The notes: generated from the letters alone by a model not told the origin. DNA of 60,605 bases from an uncultured Eubacteriales bacterium (GCA_900320425.1 ONSF01000004.1:1-60605); one strand, 5' to 3'; positions 18,666 through 29,118 are shown, counted from the first letter of the stretch. Numbers and translations are program-made.

Positions 18666-19079
18666 ATGAAGAATAGAACTTTATTAAGAGAAGTTGCAGT
18701 TAAGGTATTATATCAGGTATATATTCTTGAAAAAACGAATGTTAAATTTGATGTAGATTCTTTAATTAAAGATCAAATGGAAGTAGAAAATGAATTTGTA
18801 AATAATTTAGTTCATGGAACTTTATCTCGTCAAAAAGAAATTACTAAATTAGCTAATAGGTATTTAGAAAATTGGACAATTGATAGATTAAGTAAAGTAG
18901 ATAAAGCCATACTCTCAGTTGGTATTTATGAATTATTATATACAAAAACACCTTGCATAGTATCTATAAATGAAACAATTGAATTATCGAAAATTTATAG
19001 TGACGAAGAAGTTTCTGATATGATAAATGCTTGTATGGATAAAATTTATAAAACTGAGGATTTACATGGAAAAGAATAA
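18666..19079 (+). CDS. nusB: Transcription antitermination factor NusB.
   Basis: REVAVKVLYQ, W..DRLSKVDKAILSVGIYEL and INETIELSK motifs. Confidence 0.88.
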   Translation: MKNRTLLREVAVKVLYQVYILEKTNVKFDVDSLIKDQMEVENEFVNNLVHGTLSRQKEITKLANRYLENWTIDRLSKVDKAILSVGIYELLYTKTPCIVSINETIELSKIYSDEEVSDMINACMDKIYKTEDLHGKE

Positions 19080-20406
19080 TTATATAACTGTATCGGTATT
19101 AAATCGTTATTTAAAATATAAAATCGACAATGATCCAAATTTAGGAGAAGTTTTTTTAAAGGGAGAAATCTCTAATTTTAAAGCCCATACAAGGGGACAT
19201 TTTTATTTTACTATTAAAGATGAAAACTCGAGAATAAATGCAATTATGTTTGCATCTAATGCCTCTAAAGTTAAGTTTCAGGTATATGATGGTATGAAAG
19301 TCTTAGTTACTGGTAGAGTAAGTGTTTATGAATCAAGTGGTGCTTATCAAATTTATGTTTCAGAAATGCTTGAAGATGGATTTGGATCACTTTATCTTGC
19401 TTTTGAACAATTAAAAGAAAAACTAGATAAAGAAGGGCTCTTTAAAGAAGAACACAAAAAAAGAATTCCAAAAATTCCCGAAAGAATTGGAATTATTACT
19501 GCTCCAACTGGTGCTGCAATTAAGGATATATTGTCTACAATTAAAAGAAGATGGCCTCTTTGTGAAACTATTCTGTTTCCTTCTTTAGTTCAAGGTGAAT
19601 ATGCAAAAGATGATATCGTCAAAAATTTACGTCTTGCTGAAAATTATGATTTAGATGTTTTGATTCTTGGTCGTGGTGGAGGTTCTATTGAAGATTTGTG
19701 GTCATTTAACGAAGAAATTGTTGCAAGAGCAATTTATGAATCAACAATTCCAATTATTTCAGCAGTTGGACATGAAGTAGATTTTACAATTGCAGATTTT
19801 GTCTCTGATAAAAGAGCACCAACTCCAACTGGTGCAGCGGAGATGGCTGTTCCGGATAAAAAAGATGTTATGTCTTATTTATCTCAAGTGTCTATTCGAA
19901 TGAATACAACAATAGATTCTATTTTAAAACAAAAGCTTGATAAATTAAATAATATAAAAAGTAGTCAAATATTTAAAAATCCATATAGAATGTATGAAAT
20001 TAAAGAACAACAATTTGATATATTATATGAAAAACTTTTAAAAGAAATTAAGATAATTTTTGAAAAAAAATTTCAAGAATTAAATTTATTAAAATCTAGT
20101 TTTGTTTTTAAAAATCCAAATGTTTTAATTATCGATAAAGTTTATCAATACAATGATTTAATTAAAAAGATAAATTTAAATATTGAAAATATATTTAAAA
20201 TGAAAATGCAAAACTATATAAATTTATTAGATAAAGTTGAAATATTAAATCCAATTACAACAATTAAAAGAGGATATTCGATAACAAAAGATAAAGATGG
20301 AATTTTAAAATCTGTTAAAAAGATAAAAAAAGGGGAAAAAATAGTTACAGAACTTGTTGATGGTTTTCTTGAAAGTGAGGTTTTGGAAATAAATGAAAAG
20401 AATTAA
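19066..20406 (+). CDS. xseA: Exodeoxyribonuclease VII large subunit.
   Basis: N-terminal OB fold (VSVLNRYLK...GEISNFKAHTRGHFYFTIKD), GRGGGSIEDLW and GHEVDFTIADFV motifs. Confidence 0.92.
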   Translation: MEKNNYITVSVLNRYLKYKIDNDPNLGEVFLKGEISNFKAHTRGHFYFTIKDENSRINAIMFASNASKVKFQVYDGMKVLVTGRVSVYESSGAYQIYVSEMLEDGFGSLYLAFEQLKEKLDKEGLFKEEHKKRIPKIPERIGIITAPTGAAIKDILSTIKRRWPLCETILFPSLVQGEYAKDDIVKNLRLAENYDLDVLILGRGGGSIEDLWSFNEEIVARAIYESTIPIISAVGHEVDFTIADFVSDKRAPTPTGAAEMAVPDKKDVMSYLSQVSIRMNTTIDSILKQKLDKLNNIKSSQIFKNPYRMYEIKEQQFDILYEKLLKEIKIIFEKKFQELNLLKSSFVFKNPNVLIIDKVYQYNDLIKKINLNIENIFKMKMQNYINLLDKVEILNPITTIKRGYSITKDKDGILKSVKKIKKGEKIVTELVDGFLESEVLEINEKN

Positions 20407-21196
20407 AGATAAAAATAATATTATAAAAAAGATTAATTGTGATAATGAAAAACTTGATATTAAAAGGATTCTCTATTATTTGATAGAAGAATATAAAATT
20501 AGAGTACCTATTATTAAAAACCATATAAGAGATTTTGATACATTTAAAATAATTTTAACAGATGGTGATGATAGAACATTTTTCTTTGAATTTGATACAG
20601 ATATGACATATATTGAAGTTTTAGTTCTTGGTAAAGAATACATAGATTACTATGATATCGATAATAAATATATTCATTTATCAAAAAGAATTTATGAAAA
20701 TAAAAATACCAAGACTAAAATTGAAAAAATTCAAAATGATGATAAAGAATATGATATGCGTATTATAAATGGAATTAAATATTATTATGAAAAAGAAATA
20801 AATTCAAATAAGCAAAAGATAAATGGTTCTTTATATAATATTTATGAGTTTAAATTTACAAATCAAATATTTAAGGCAACGATTAATTTGAAGATACCAG
20901 AAAACTTTCCATTTGTAGAAGGACTTGTTATTAAAAAATTGTTAAAAATTGAAGTAATTGATTCATTGGAAGAATTATTTGGAATTTTTTATAAATTAGT
21001 TGCTTGTCCAAATGCTATTATTCGTATAAATAAAAAGAAAGAATATATAAAAAAAGATAATCCAAACCAAATAGATTTTGGTGTTGTTAGAAAGAAAAAT
21101 AATAGAATTGAAGAAGAAGTTATGGAATATGTTCCAAAGATATTATTAAAATCAGTTGAAAATAATAAAACTAAGAAAAAAGGTGGTAAAAAATGA
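20393..21196 (+). CDS. Hypothetical protein (267 aa) nested between xseA and xseB.
   Basis: Long ORF whose start overlaps the xseA stop and whose stop overlaps the xseB start. I recognise no motif. Confidence 0.6.
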   Translation: MKRIKDKNNIIKKINCDNEKLDIKRILYYLIEEYKIRVPIIKNHIRDFDTFKIILTDGDDRTFFFEFDTDMTYIEVLVLGKEYIDYYDIDNKYIHLSKRIYENKNTKTKIEKIQNDDKEYDMRIINGIKYYYEKEINSNKQKINGSLYNIYEFKFTNQIFKATINLKIPENFPFVEGLVIKKLLKIEVIDSLEELFGIFYKLVACPNAIIRINKKKEYIKKDNPNQIDFGVVRKKNNRIEEEVMEYVPKILLKSVENNKTKKKGGKK

Positions 21197-21423
21197 AAAA
21201 AGAAGAAAAAGAGTTAAGTTTTGAGGAAAATATAAAAAAATTAGAAAAAATTGTTCAAGAATTGGAAAGTGGTGAAGTTTTACTAGATGATGCCATTTCA
21301 AAATTTAATGAAGCATCTCTTATAGCTAAAATATGCGATAAAAAACTAAAAAATGCAACTGATTCTATTAATAAAATCCGAAATGAAGATGGTTCTTTAA
21401 AAGAATTTGCTGTGGAAGAATAA
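21193..21423 (+). CDS. xseB: Exodeoxyribonuclease VII small subunit.
   Basis: SFEENIKKLEKIVQELESGEVLLDDAISKFNEA is typical of XseB. Confidence 0.9.
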   Translation: MKKEEKELSFEENIKKLEKIVQELESGEVLLDDAISKFNEASLIAKICDKKLKNATDSINKIRNEDGSLKEFAVEE

Positions 21424-21424
21424 T

Positions 21425-22330
21425 ATGAGTAAAAAAAATAAAAAAACGTCAAATATTAAAAATAAAGAATCTAAAAATAGATTAAAAGAAAATAAAACAT
21501 TCAAAAAAGATGGTATAGCAAAAGAATATAAAAAAGATTTTAAAGAAGCTATAAAAGAAATTAGAGAAGATGCAATTAAAGTAGAAATTGAAAAAGGAAA
21601 AACAACACCAATTAACGAAAAAAAAGAAGAAAATATAAATGAAAAGATTCAAAGTTTTATAAGTATATTATTTACTATTATTGTATTTATTCTTTTAATA
21701 TTTTTAATTGTTGTTTTATATAATAATTATTTTAAAAAAGAGAAAAAATTAGAAATTAATAAAGAGGAAGTTTGCCAAGAATTTATAAAAAAAGATTATG
21801 GTATAAAAGAAGATGATATCGAAGATTATATTAGAAAATATCGTAATATATTTTATAATATAGAAGCATTTGACATTAAAAACATCGAAAATAAAGATTT
21901 ACTTACAATATCGAAATTTATTATTTGGGGAGATACTAATGATTATATTGTTTGTGAAGGTGAGGATGAAAACTGTTTTGTATCAAAAAAAGAAATGGGA
22001 GAAAAAGATTTACAAAGTAAATTAAATTATTTCTTAAAATCAGATAGAAAAGTTAATTATTCAAACTTTTTTGAAGATGAAAATACAAGATTATATAAAC
22101 AAGGAGATAAAATTATTTTAACATTTAAGGAATTTGAATATGAAACTTATAGACATGATTTAGTTGAAACAATTATTGATAATAATAATGTTGAACTTAT
22201 TTTTTCTTTATCAAAACATATTGCAGGTAGTAATTATTATAATTATGTTGGATCTAAAAAAATATATTTAAAATATGAAAATAATGACTTTGTTTTAATT
22301 CGTCTTGAAACAATAATTAAATTTTCTTAA
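21425..22330 (+). CDS. Hypothetical single-pass membrane protein with a Lys-rich N-terminus.
   Basis: The K/E-rich cytoplasmic head is followed by the TM segment FISILFTIIVFILLIFLIVVLY and a 200-aa outer domain. Confidence 0.6.
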   Translation: MSKKNKKTSNIKNKESKNRLKENKTFKKDGIAKEYKKDFKEAIKEIREDAIKVEIEKGKTTPINEKKEENINEKIQSFISILFTIIVFILLIFLIVVLYNNYFKKEKKLEINKEEVCQEFIKKDYGIKEDDIEDYIRKYRNIFYNIEAFDIKNIENKDLLTISKFIIWGDTNDYIVCEGEDENCFVSKKEMGEKDLQSKLNYFLKSDRKVNYSNFFEDENTRLYKQGDKIILTFKEFEYETYRHDLVETIIDNNNVELIFSLSKHIAGSNYYNYVGSKKIYLKYENNDFVLIRLETIIKFS

Positions 22331-22350
22331 GATAAATAGTAAGATTTTAT

Positions 22351-22379
22351 TTGACTTTAAAAGGATTCTGTGATAGAAT
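22351..22379 (+). promoter_or_regulatory. Candidate promoter of the rplU-prp-rpmA operon.
   Basis: TTGACT, 17-nt spacer, TAGAAT, with TG extended -10. It overlaps a GATTCT/AGAATC hairpin plus T run that can terminate the upstream gene. Confidence 0.6.
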
Positions 22380-22383
22380 CTTT

Positions 22384-22458
22384 TTTGTTTGATGCCTCTA
22401 GCTCAAACCGCATTGAAAAGGTTAGAAACGTAGTACCTTTAAAGCGAGTCTTAAAAAG
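22384..22458 (+). promoter_or_regulatory. Ribosomal protein L21 leader-like structured 5' UTR.
   Basis: Locally GC-richer leader with two hairpins (GTTTGA...TCAAAC and AAAGGT...ACCTTT) directly upstream of rplU. This is where the Firmicute L21 leader sits. Confidence 0.5.
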
Positions 22459-22466
22459 GAGGAAAA

Positions 22467-22766
22467 ATGAAAGCAGTTATTAAAACAGGTGGGAAACAAT
22501 ACCTTGTCGAAGAAGGAAGTGTTATCTACGTTGAAAAATTAGAAGGAAACATCGGAGATGAAGTTACTTTTAATGAAGTATTAATGTTAGATAAAAAAGT
22601 TGGAAATCCTATTGTTGATGGTGCAAATGTTCGTGGTACAATTGTAAAACATGGTAAAGGTGAAAAGATTAAAATCTTTAAATACAAACCTAATACAACT
22701 TCAACAAGAAAAAAACAAGGACATAGACAACCTTACACAAAAGTTGAAATTAAAAAAATTGGTTAG
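22467..22766 (+). CDS. rplU: 50S ribosomal protein L21.
   Basis: MKAVIKTGGKQYLVEEG and GHRQPYTKVEI motifs. Confidence 0.95.
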   Translation: MKAVIKTGGKQYLVEEGSVIYVEKLEGNIGDEVTFNEVLMLDKKVGNPIVDGANVRGTIVKHGKGEKIKIFKYKPNTTSTRKKQGHRQPYTKVEIKKIG

Positions 22767-22768
22767 TT

Positions 22769-23062
22769 ATGATTCTTGTTAAGAAGGAAAAAAAATTAAT
22801 TTCTATTACTGGTCATGCATTATACGATGATTTTGGTCGTGATATAGTTTGTAGTGCTGTATCAAGCATTGTTATTACAACTATAAATGGAATTCTAAGT
22901 ATTGATTCTCGTGCAATTAAGTATAATACTAAAAGCGGAATAGAAATAGAAGTTATTAAAGAGGATAATGTTACACTTAAATTAATTCAGAATATGCTAT
23001 TACTTTTAAAAGAATTAAGTTTAAAATATCCTAAAAATATTCGAGTAAAGGAAGGTGTTTAA
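22769..23062 (+). CDS. Ribosomal-processing cysteine protease Prp.
   Basis: ITGHALYD...DIVCSAVSS carries the His/Cys dyad. It sits between rplU and rpmA. Confidence 0.88.
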   Translation: MILVKKEKKLISITGHALYDDFGRDIVCSAVSSIVITTINGILSIDSRAIKYNTKSGIEIEVIKEDNVTLKLIQNMLLLLKELSLKYPKNIRVKEGV

Positions 23063-23064
23063 TA

Positions 23065-23343
23065 ATGTTAGAATTAAATATTCAATTGTTTGCCCATAAA
23101 AAAGGTCAAGGTTCATCTACAAACGGAAGAGATTCTGAGGGAAGAAGACTTGGTGCTAAAGCATCTGATGGAGAGTTTGTTACAGCAGGATCTATTATTT
23201 ATCGTCAAAGAGGAACCAAAATTCATCCCGGATTAAATGTAGGTCGTGGAAATGATGATACTTTATTTGCAAAGGTAGACGGAATTGTTAAATTTGAACA
23301 TAAAGCAAATAAAACATTAGCAAGTGTTTATACAGAAGAGTAA
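23065..23343 (+). CDS. rpmA: 50S ribosomal protein L27 with a cleavable N-terminal extension.
   Basis: [24 protein letters not shown] is the Firmicute Prp cleavage context. Confidence 0.95.
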   Translation: MLELNIQLFAHKKGQGSSTNGRDSEGRRLGAKASDGEFVTAGSIIYRQRGTKIHPGLNVGRGNDDTLFAKVDGIVKFEHKANKTLASVYTEE

Positions 23344-23361
23344 GAATTTGCTCTTTTTTTA

Positions 23362-23390
23362 TTGATATTTTTGTTTTCTAATAGTATAAT
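23362..23390 (+). promoter_or_regulatory. Candidate promoter for cdsA-rseP.
   Basis: TTGATA, 17-nt spacer, TATAAT. Confidence 0.6.
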
Positions 23391-23415
23391 TATTTATGCA
23401 AGGTAGGATTGATGT

Positions 23416-24198
23416 ATGAAACAAAGGATTCTTAGTGCAATTGTTATGTTACTTATTGCAGTACCATTATTAATAATTGGAAACATACCATTTATTTTGT
23501 TAGTAATTTTTTTAGCACAAGCATGTTTATTTGAATTATTAAAGTATCAAAATGAAATACCATTTACCATGAAATTAGTTAGTTATTTATTTCTCTTTTT
23601 ATTTCTTATAAAAAATGAAATTAATTTTTTATGGTTGCAAGAGAATTGTTCTTTATTACTTATTTTAATTTTTCTTTTGAGTTTAGTATTTGTTAAAGAA
23701 AGAAAAAAATATAATTATATGGAAGCAATATTTTTAATAGGAATTATTTTTGTTTTAGGAACGATATTTGAAAAAATTATTGTTATTAGAAATAATAATT
23801 TATATTTATTAATTTATTTGCTATTAATTCCTATTATTACAGATTCATTTGCACTTTTTATTGGAAAAAGTATTGGTAAACATAAACTTGCTAAAAGTAT
23901 TTCTCCAAATAAAACCATTGAGGGAAGTATTGGAGGAAGTATAGTTGGTGTTATTGTAGCTGTTACATATTATGTTTTAGTTATAAAAAATGTTAAAAAC
24001 ATATATTTACTAGTCTTTTTAACTTTATTTCTATCTTGTTTAGGACAACTTGGTGATTTAGTTAAATCAAGTATTAAAAGATATCTTGGAGTAAAAGACT
24101 TTAGTAATTTGATTCCTGGGCATGGAGGAGTTATAGATAGACTTGATAGTTTTATATTTGTTATAATAGGATATATATTAATTGAATGTTTATTTTAG
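23416..24198 (+). CDS. cdsA: Phosphatidate cytidylyltransferase.
   Basis: Polytopic membrane protein with the C-terminal signature [12 protein letters not shown]...[10 protein letters not shown]...[19 protein letters not shown]. Confidence 0.9.
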   Translation: MKQRILSAIVMLLIAVPLLIIGNIPFILLVIFLAQACLFELLKYQNEIPFTMKLVSYLFLFLFLIKNEINFLWLQENCSLLLILIFLLSLVFVKERKKYNYMEAIFLIGIIFVLGTIFEKIIVIRNNNLYLLIYLLLIPIITDSFALFIGKSIGKHKLAKSISPNKTIEGSIGGSIVGVIVAVTYYVLVIKNVKNIYLLVFLTLFLSCLGQLGDLVKSSIKRYLGVKDFSNLIPGHGGVIDRLDSFIFVIIGYILIECLF

Positions 24199-24208
24199 GA
24201 GGAGATTT

Positions 24209-25279
24209 ATGATATTATCAATTATTTATTTTATTTTAATTTTAGGACTTATAGTTTTAGTACATGAATTTGGACATTTTATCTTTGCCAAAATATTTCA
24301 TGTTCATGTATATGAATTTGCAATTGGAATGGGACCTAAAATATGGAGTAGTGAAAAACTACGGGAAAAAAGAAAAAAACAAGGAAAAAAAGTAAGTGAG
24401 ACCATTTATACAATTCGTTGTATTCCATTAGGTGGATTTAATCAATTAGCCGGAGAAGGATTAGAAGAGGATAAAAAAGTTAAAAAAGAAAATTTACTTC
24501 AATCTAAACCTGTATGGCAAAGATTTTTAATTATGTTTTTTGGTGCTGGAAATAACTTTATCTTAGCCCTTATTGTTTTATTTGTTGGAGCACTAATTTA
24601 TGGAAGTCCAAATATTTCAACAGTAATTCCTAGTGTAATCAATGATTCTCCTATGGCTGTTGCTGGAATTAAGTCTAAAGATAAAATTATATCTATAAAT
24701 GATAAAAAAACTAAAACATTAGATGATATTCAACTTTATATGACTTTAGCAGGAGATAATGAAACTAAATTTGTGGTTCTTCGAAATGGAAAAGAATTAA
24801 CTTATAAAGTTACCCCATTTACAGGAAGTGAAAAAGAAGAAAAAGGATATAGTTTTGGAATTCAATTTAACAATACACTTGAAAAAGGATTTATAAAGAG
24901 TATAACGTATACTTTCCAAAAGTTTTATGCAATAGCAAGACAAGTCTTTATAACCATTAAAGAACTTATTATTGGAGGAGTTAGTGTTAAACAATTATCT
25001 GGTCCTGTTGGAATATATTCAGCCGTAGATAAAACAAGAAGTGCCGGATTTTATAGTATTTTAAATTTAATTGCTCTTTTAAGTTTAAATGTAGGAATTA
25101 TGAATTTAATCCCATTCCCAGCATTTGATGGAGGAAGAATTTTGTTTCTTGTAATTGAAAAGATTAAAGGCAAACCAATCAAAATGGAAACAGAAAACTT
25201 AATTCATAATATAGGTTTCTTTATATTACTTGCATTACTTATTTATGTAACGTTTAATGATATTTTAAGATTATTTTAA
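24209..25279 (+). CDS. rseP: RIP metalloprotease RseP/RasP (M50, with PDZ domain).
   Basis: HEFGHF zinc motif in TM1, a PDZ-like middle region, and NLIPFPAFDGGRI (NPDG-like). Confidence 0.88.
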   Translation: MILSIIYFILILGLIVLVHEFGHFIFAKIFHVHVYEFAIGMGPKIWSSEKLREKRKKQGKKVSETIYTIRCIPLGGFNQLAGEGLEEDKKVKKENLLQSKPVWQRFLIMFFGAGNNFILALIVLFVGALIYGSPNISTVIPSVINDSPMAVAGIKSKDKIISINDKKTKTLDDIQLYMTLAGDNETKFVVLRNGKELTYKVTPFTGSEKEEKGYSFGIQFNNTLEKGFIKSITYTFQKFYAIARQVFITIKELIIGGVSVKQLSGPVGIYSAVDKTRSAGFYSILNLIALLSLNVGIMNLIPFPAFDGGRILFLVIEKIKGKPIKMETENLIHNIGFFILLALLIYVTFNDILRLF

Positions 25280-25332
25280 GCACTTTTAGTGCTTTTTTTA
25301 AAAAGTTTGCATAAAATTTACTGGGTGATGCT

Positions 25333-25959
25333 ATGAAAAATAATAAACTAGTTTTAGAACTAAACAAGAATAAATATAAATATATATTTTTAATAACCAT
25401 AATAGTACTAGGAATAATATCAGGAATAATTCTTTCTAATATTTTAAGTTATAATGATAAAAAAATGATTGGAGAAAATATAAATATTTATTTTTCAGGG
25501 CTTAAAAATGGAGAAAAAATTAATTATTTTGCTAATTTATTAAATTCTTTAGGTGTAAATTTATTATATTTTATTTTATTATTTATATTTGGAATATCGA
25601 TTGTTGGAATAGTTTTAAATCCCTTTTTATTATATTTTAAAAGTTTAATTATTGGTTTTACTTTAGGAATAATGATTTCTTTATATAGTTATTCAGGAAT
25701 AGTTTTAGGAATATTTAGTATTTTTCCTCATCAAGCTGTTAATTTAATTATTTATTTATTATTATCATTTTATGGAATGAATTTATCTTATAAATTATTT
25801 AGTTTTCTTTTTTTTAAAAAACAATTTAATGTTGTTTTATTTCGAAAAAAATATATAAAAATATTAGGACTTAGTTGTATTACATTAGTAGTATCTTCTT
25901 TTTATGAAGTTTTTTTAGGAGATTTTATCTTAAAACTTTTTACTTTTCTTATAAATTGA
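25333..25959 (+). CDS. SpoIIM/DUF95-like integral membrane protein.
   Basis: About 200 aa with 5-6 TM segments. The N-terminal layout resembles stage II sporulation protein M family members. Confidence 0.5.
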   Translation: MKNNKLVLELNKNKYKYIFLITIIVLGIISGIILSNILSYNDKKMIGENINIYFSGLKNGEKINYFANLLNSLGVNLLYFILLFIFGISIVGIVLNPFLLYFKSLIIGFTLGIMISLYSYSGIVLGIFSIFPHQAVNLIIYLLLSFYGMNLSYKLFSFLFFKKQFNVVLFRKKYIKILGLSCITLVVSSFYEVFLGDFILKLFTFLIN

Positions 25960-25992
25960 GTTATAATATATCTAAGTGTTGAGGGATGATGT

Positions 25993-27099
25993 ATGAAAAA
26001 AGTGGTTGTAGGAATGTCTGGTGGAGTAGATTCAAGTGTTGCAGCAATTCTTCTTCAAAAGGCAGGATATGAAGTAGTTGGATTATTTATGAGAAATTGG
26101 GATAGTAGTATAAATAATGATTATTTAGGAAATCCTAATTTAGGAAACAATATTTGTCCTCAGGAACAAGATTATAATGATGCAAAGGAAGTTTGTAAAA
26201 AACTAAATATTCCTCTTTATCGTGTAGATTTTGTTAAAGAATATTGGGATAATGTTTTTACCTATTTTTTAAATGAATTAAAGTGTGGTAGAACACCAAA
26301 TCCTGATATTATGTGTAATAAATATATTAAATTTGATGCTTTTATTAGAGAAGCTAAAAAATTAGGAGCCGATTTTATTGCAACTGGACATTATGCAAGA
26401 GTTAAAGATGGACATTTATTAAGAGGAATTGATGATAATAAAGATCAAACCTATTTCTTATCACAGTTATCTAATATTCAGCTTGAAAACGTATTATTTC
26501 CAGTTGGGGATTTAGAAAAGTCTGAAGTAAGAAAAATTGCTCTAGAATATGATTTAATTACTGCAAAGAAAAAAGATTCAACTGGAATTTGTTTTATTGG
26601 TGAAAGAAACTTCAAAGAATTTTTAAAAAATTACCTACCAACAAAACCAGGACGTGTTATTGATATTGAAACAAATAGGGTAGTAGGGGAACATCAAGGA
26701 TTAATGTATTATACAATAGGTCAAAGAAAAGGTTTAAATATTGGAGGAAACTCGGATAAGATGTTTGTAGTTGGTAAAAACTTAGAAAAAAACATTTTGT
26801 ATGTTTCATTTAATGAAGAAAACGAATATCTTAAAAGTGATAGTTGTTTAGTTACTGATGTAAATTTTATAAGTCAAGAAAGACCAACTAGCTGTACAGC
26901 AAAATTTCGCTACCGTCAAAAGGATATTTCTGTAACGTTAGAATATCTTGAAAATGGGAATTTAATTGTAAGATACAATAATATTAAAGCTGTTACGCCT
27001 GGACAAGCCTGTGTTTTATATTTAGGAGATATATGTCTTGGTGGTGGCATCATAAGTGAGGTGCGAAAAGATGAACAAAAATTATGGTATTTATTATGA
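25993..27099 (+). CDS. mnmA: tRNA 2-thiouridine(34) synthase.
   Basis: VVGMSGGVDSSVAA PP-loop, CNKYIKF, DQTYFL and DSTGICFIGE motifs. Confidence 0.93.
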   Translation: MKKVVVGMSGGVDSSVAAILLQKAGYEVVGLFMRNWDSSINNDYLGNPNLGNNICPQEQDYNDAKEVCKKLNIPLYRVDFVKEYWDNVFTYFLNELKCGRTPNPDIMCNKYIKFDAFIREAKKLGADFIATGHYARVKDGHLLRGIDDNKDQTYFLSQLSNIQLENVLFPVGDLEKSEVRKIALEYDLITAKKKDSTGICFIGERNFKEFLKNYLPTKPGRVIDIETNRVVGEHQGLMYYTIGQRKGLNIGGNSDKMFVVGKNLEKNILYVSFNEENEYLKSDSCLVTDVNFISQERPTSCTAKFRYRQKDISVTLEYLENGNLIVRYNNIKAVTPGQACVLYLGDICLGGGIISEVRKDEQKLWYLL

Positions 27100-27163
27100 A
27101 AAATTGACATTTTAATTGACAAAATAGGAGAATTTGATAAAATATTTTTAGGAGGTATTTAGG

Positions 27164-27931
27164 ATGAGTAAAATTAGTAATATACTATCCGATATTGGAG
27201 TATCAAAAGTAAGATTAGCAAAGTATTTAGGAGTTTCAAGGCAAATGTTATATAATTATTTATCATTTGATAAATTAGAAGATTGGCCTAGTGAAAAAGC
27301 AACAAGATTAATGCAACTTTTAGAAATAAAAAAAGAGGAAGATTTAGATAATTTAAGTATTGATGGTGAATATATTATAAAAATTGATAATAAATTAAAC
27401 GAAGGAGTTAAAGTTGCGCTTTCAGGTAGTAATCTAATTGATTTAAAAGGATTTAATCGTAAAGAAATTGAGGTACTTACAGATATTATTTCTCTCTTAA
27501 AAGATAGATTACGAGAGGATCATACTAAGGATACTTATAATACCTTTGTATACTTATATCATTATCTTCAAAGTATGGAAAATAATAAAGAATTAAAATA
27601 TTTATTATGCTTTGTATCAAAACTTATGGGATTTACTGAGCCAAATGAATTTTTGTATAATAATGAACAACAATTTAATTTTGAAGCTATTATCTTTAGT
27701 GCTTTTATGTTGTATAGCAAAGGTGGAGCATCCAGAAGTAAACTAGCTGATACACATAAAAGATTTGTTGCTGAAATAAATCGAAAACATGAAGAAAAAT
27801 TAAGCAGAACTCAAGAATTAACAGCAGTAAAAGAACAAGCGTTAAAAGAACTTGGATATACAACTATTACCGAAGAAAACGCAAAAGATGTATTTGAAAA
27901 AATTGCTGAAATTCAGTCTCGTGGAGATTAA
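27164..27931 (+). CDS. Hypothetical protein with an N-terminal helix-turn-helix.
   Basis: VSKVRLAKYLGVSRQMLYNYL is HTH-like. RBS AGGAGG. The rest is unrecognised. Confidence 0.6.
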   Translation: MSKISNILSDIGVSKVRLAKYLGVSRQMLYNYLSFDKLEDWPSEKATRLMQLLEIKKEEDLDNLSIDGEYIIKIDNKLNEGVKVALSGSNLIDLKGFNRKEIEVLTDIISLLKDRLREDHTKDTYNTFVYLYHYLQSMENNKELKYLLCFVSKLMGFTEPNEFLYNNEQQFNFEAIIFSAFMLYSKGGASRSKLADTHKRFVAEINRKHEEKLSRTQELTAVKEQALKELGYTTITEENAKDVFEKIAEIQSRGD

Positions 27932-27961
27932 TAAAAGAAAAAGAATAAAAGGTGGTAGAAT

Positions 27962-28483
27962 ATGATTAATATATTAGAAACTGTTGATTTATATCAAGAT
28001 ACATGGAAAATGACATTTTATTTTGTAGTATCGTTATCTTTACTGATTGGTCTTTTATGGACATATTATCAAGTTTTTATGAAATCATCAAAAAAGAAAG
28101 AAAACTTAAAAGAAAATATAATCTATAATCATCCAGAAGATGTAATTGAAAATTACAATATGGAGCCTAAACGAAAAAAGAATATTGTAACAGAAGTAAA
28201 AAATAATTATATTATTAAAAATCATGAAGAATTGTCTTTGAATAACGAAAATACAATAAATTATTATGATAAACTTGAAAAAGATGAAAATTTAAATGAT
28301 ATTAATCAAAATAAGGAATTAGACATTAACAACGAGATACATAAATTATCAAATGAAGATACCAATTCTTTAGAAACTAATAAAAAAATGCCAAAAAATA
28401 ATAATTATAAAAAAAATCAAAATAATAAAAATAAGTATTATCATAATAATAACAATAAAAATAGATATAATAAAAATAAATAA
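27962..28483 (+). CDS. Hypothetical membrane-anchored protein with an Asn/Lys-rich low-complexity tail.
   Basis: RBS AAGGTGG, one TM segment (FYFVVSLSLLIGLLWTYY), and a C-terminal N/K-rich tract. Confidence 0.55.
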   Translation: MINILETVDLYQDTWKMTFYFVVSLSLLIGLLWTYYQVFMKSSKKKENLKENIIYNHPEDVIENYNMEPKRKKNIVTEVKNNYIIKNHEELSLNNENTINYYDKLEKDENLNDINQNKELDINNEIHKLSNEDTNSLETNKKMPKNNNYKKNQNNKNKYYHNNNNKNRYNKNK

Positions 28484-28756
28484 GCTATATAGTATAGTTT
28501 ATTTATTTTTATATAAATAGGGTGGGTAGAAATGATATATTAATAATATAAGAAAGAATATATAACTAATATTATTTATAAATACGAAATATTATTAAAC
28601 ATATATATCTAAGTTAACATAAAATAAATTTTTTAATTTATTAAAAACGTTTAGAATATAAGATATATTTATTATAATAATAAAACAAAATCAATAGAAT
28701 TATTATTTATAATTATATAATATTAAGGTATATAGTATTAGGTTTTAAAATATAGA

Positions 28757-28784
28757 ACTTAACATAATATATATTATATAAAGT
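28757..28784. other. Candidate dif site (XerC/XerD chromosome dimer resolution).
   Basis: ACTTAACATAA-TATATA-TTATATAAAGT has an 11-6-11 architecture with imperfect inverted arms. It matches 22 of 28 positions of the B. subtilis dif as I recall it (ACTTCCTAGAATATATATTATGTAAACT). It lies at the point where gene orientation converges, 2 kb from xerD. Confidence 0.4.
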
Positions 28785-28894
28785 ACTATATTATGATGAA
28801 AATAGAAAAAATTATACTTAAAATAAGTTTATATTATGTTATGTATTTAATATTTAGAATACTATTAAGAATACAATCTATAAAATTCGTTTTC

Positions 28895-28922
28895 TATTAT
28901 TTATTATTTATTATTTATTATT
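28895..28922. repeat. Tandem heptamer (TATTATT) x4.
   Basis: Read directly in the AT-rich spacer. Confidence 0.6.
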
Positions 28923-29082
28923 TTTAATCTATAAATAATCTAAATTTTATTTAATCATTATTTATTATATATTTATAATTTATCTAAATTAAATTAAGAT
29001 TAATATTTATTCATCTTTTTAATTCTCGATTCGTTTTAGAACATGTTAACATTACTAGTATTAGTCATAAACGAGAAAAAAA

Positions 29083-29118
29083 CTCCCCTATTTTAAATCC
29101 AATTTTTGATAGGGGAAG
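29083..29118 (-). terminator. Hairpin plus T run, probably the minus-strand terminator of the Dps-like transcript.
   Basis: TCCCCTAT/ATAGGGGA stem. On the minus strand it is followed by TTTTTTT. It is the only GC-containing hairpin in the spacer. Confidence 0.5.

Noticed and set aside
28817-28844. Second dif-like sequence CTTAAAATAAG-TTTATA-TTATGTTATGT.
   Set aside because: The XerD-arm-like TTATGTTA is present. However, the arms are not inverted repeats of each other and the spacing of the XerC-arm ATAA is off by one. It is a weaker candidate than 28757..28784 and could easily arise by chance in AT-rich DNA.
28793-28927. 44-aa ORF (MMKIEKIILKISLYYVMYLIF...) in the AT-rich spacer.
   Set aside because: It has no RBS. 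The composition is simply a translation of AT-rich DNA, and it runs through the heptamer repeat.
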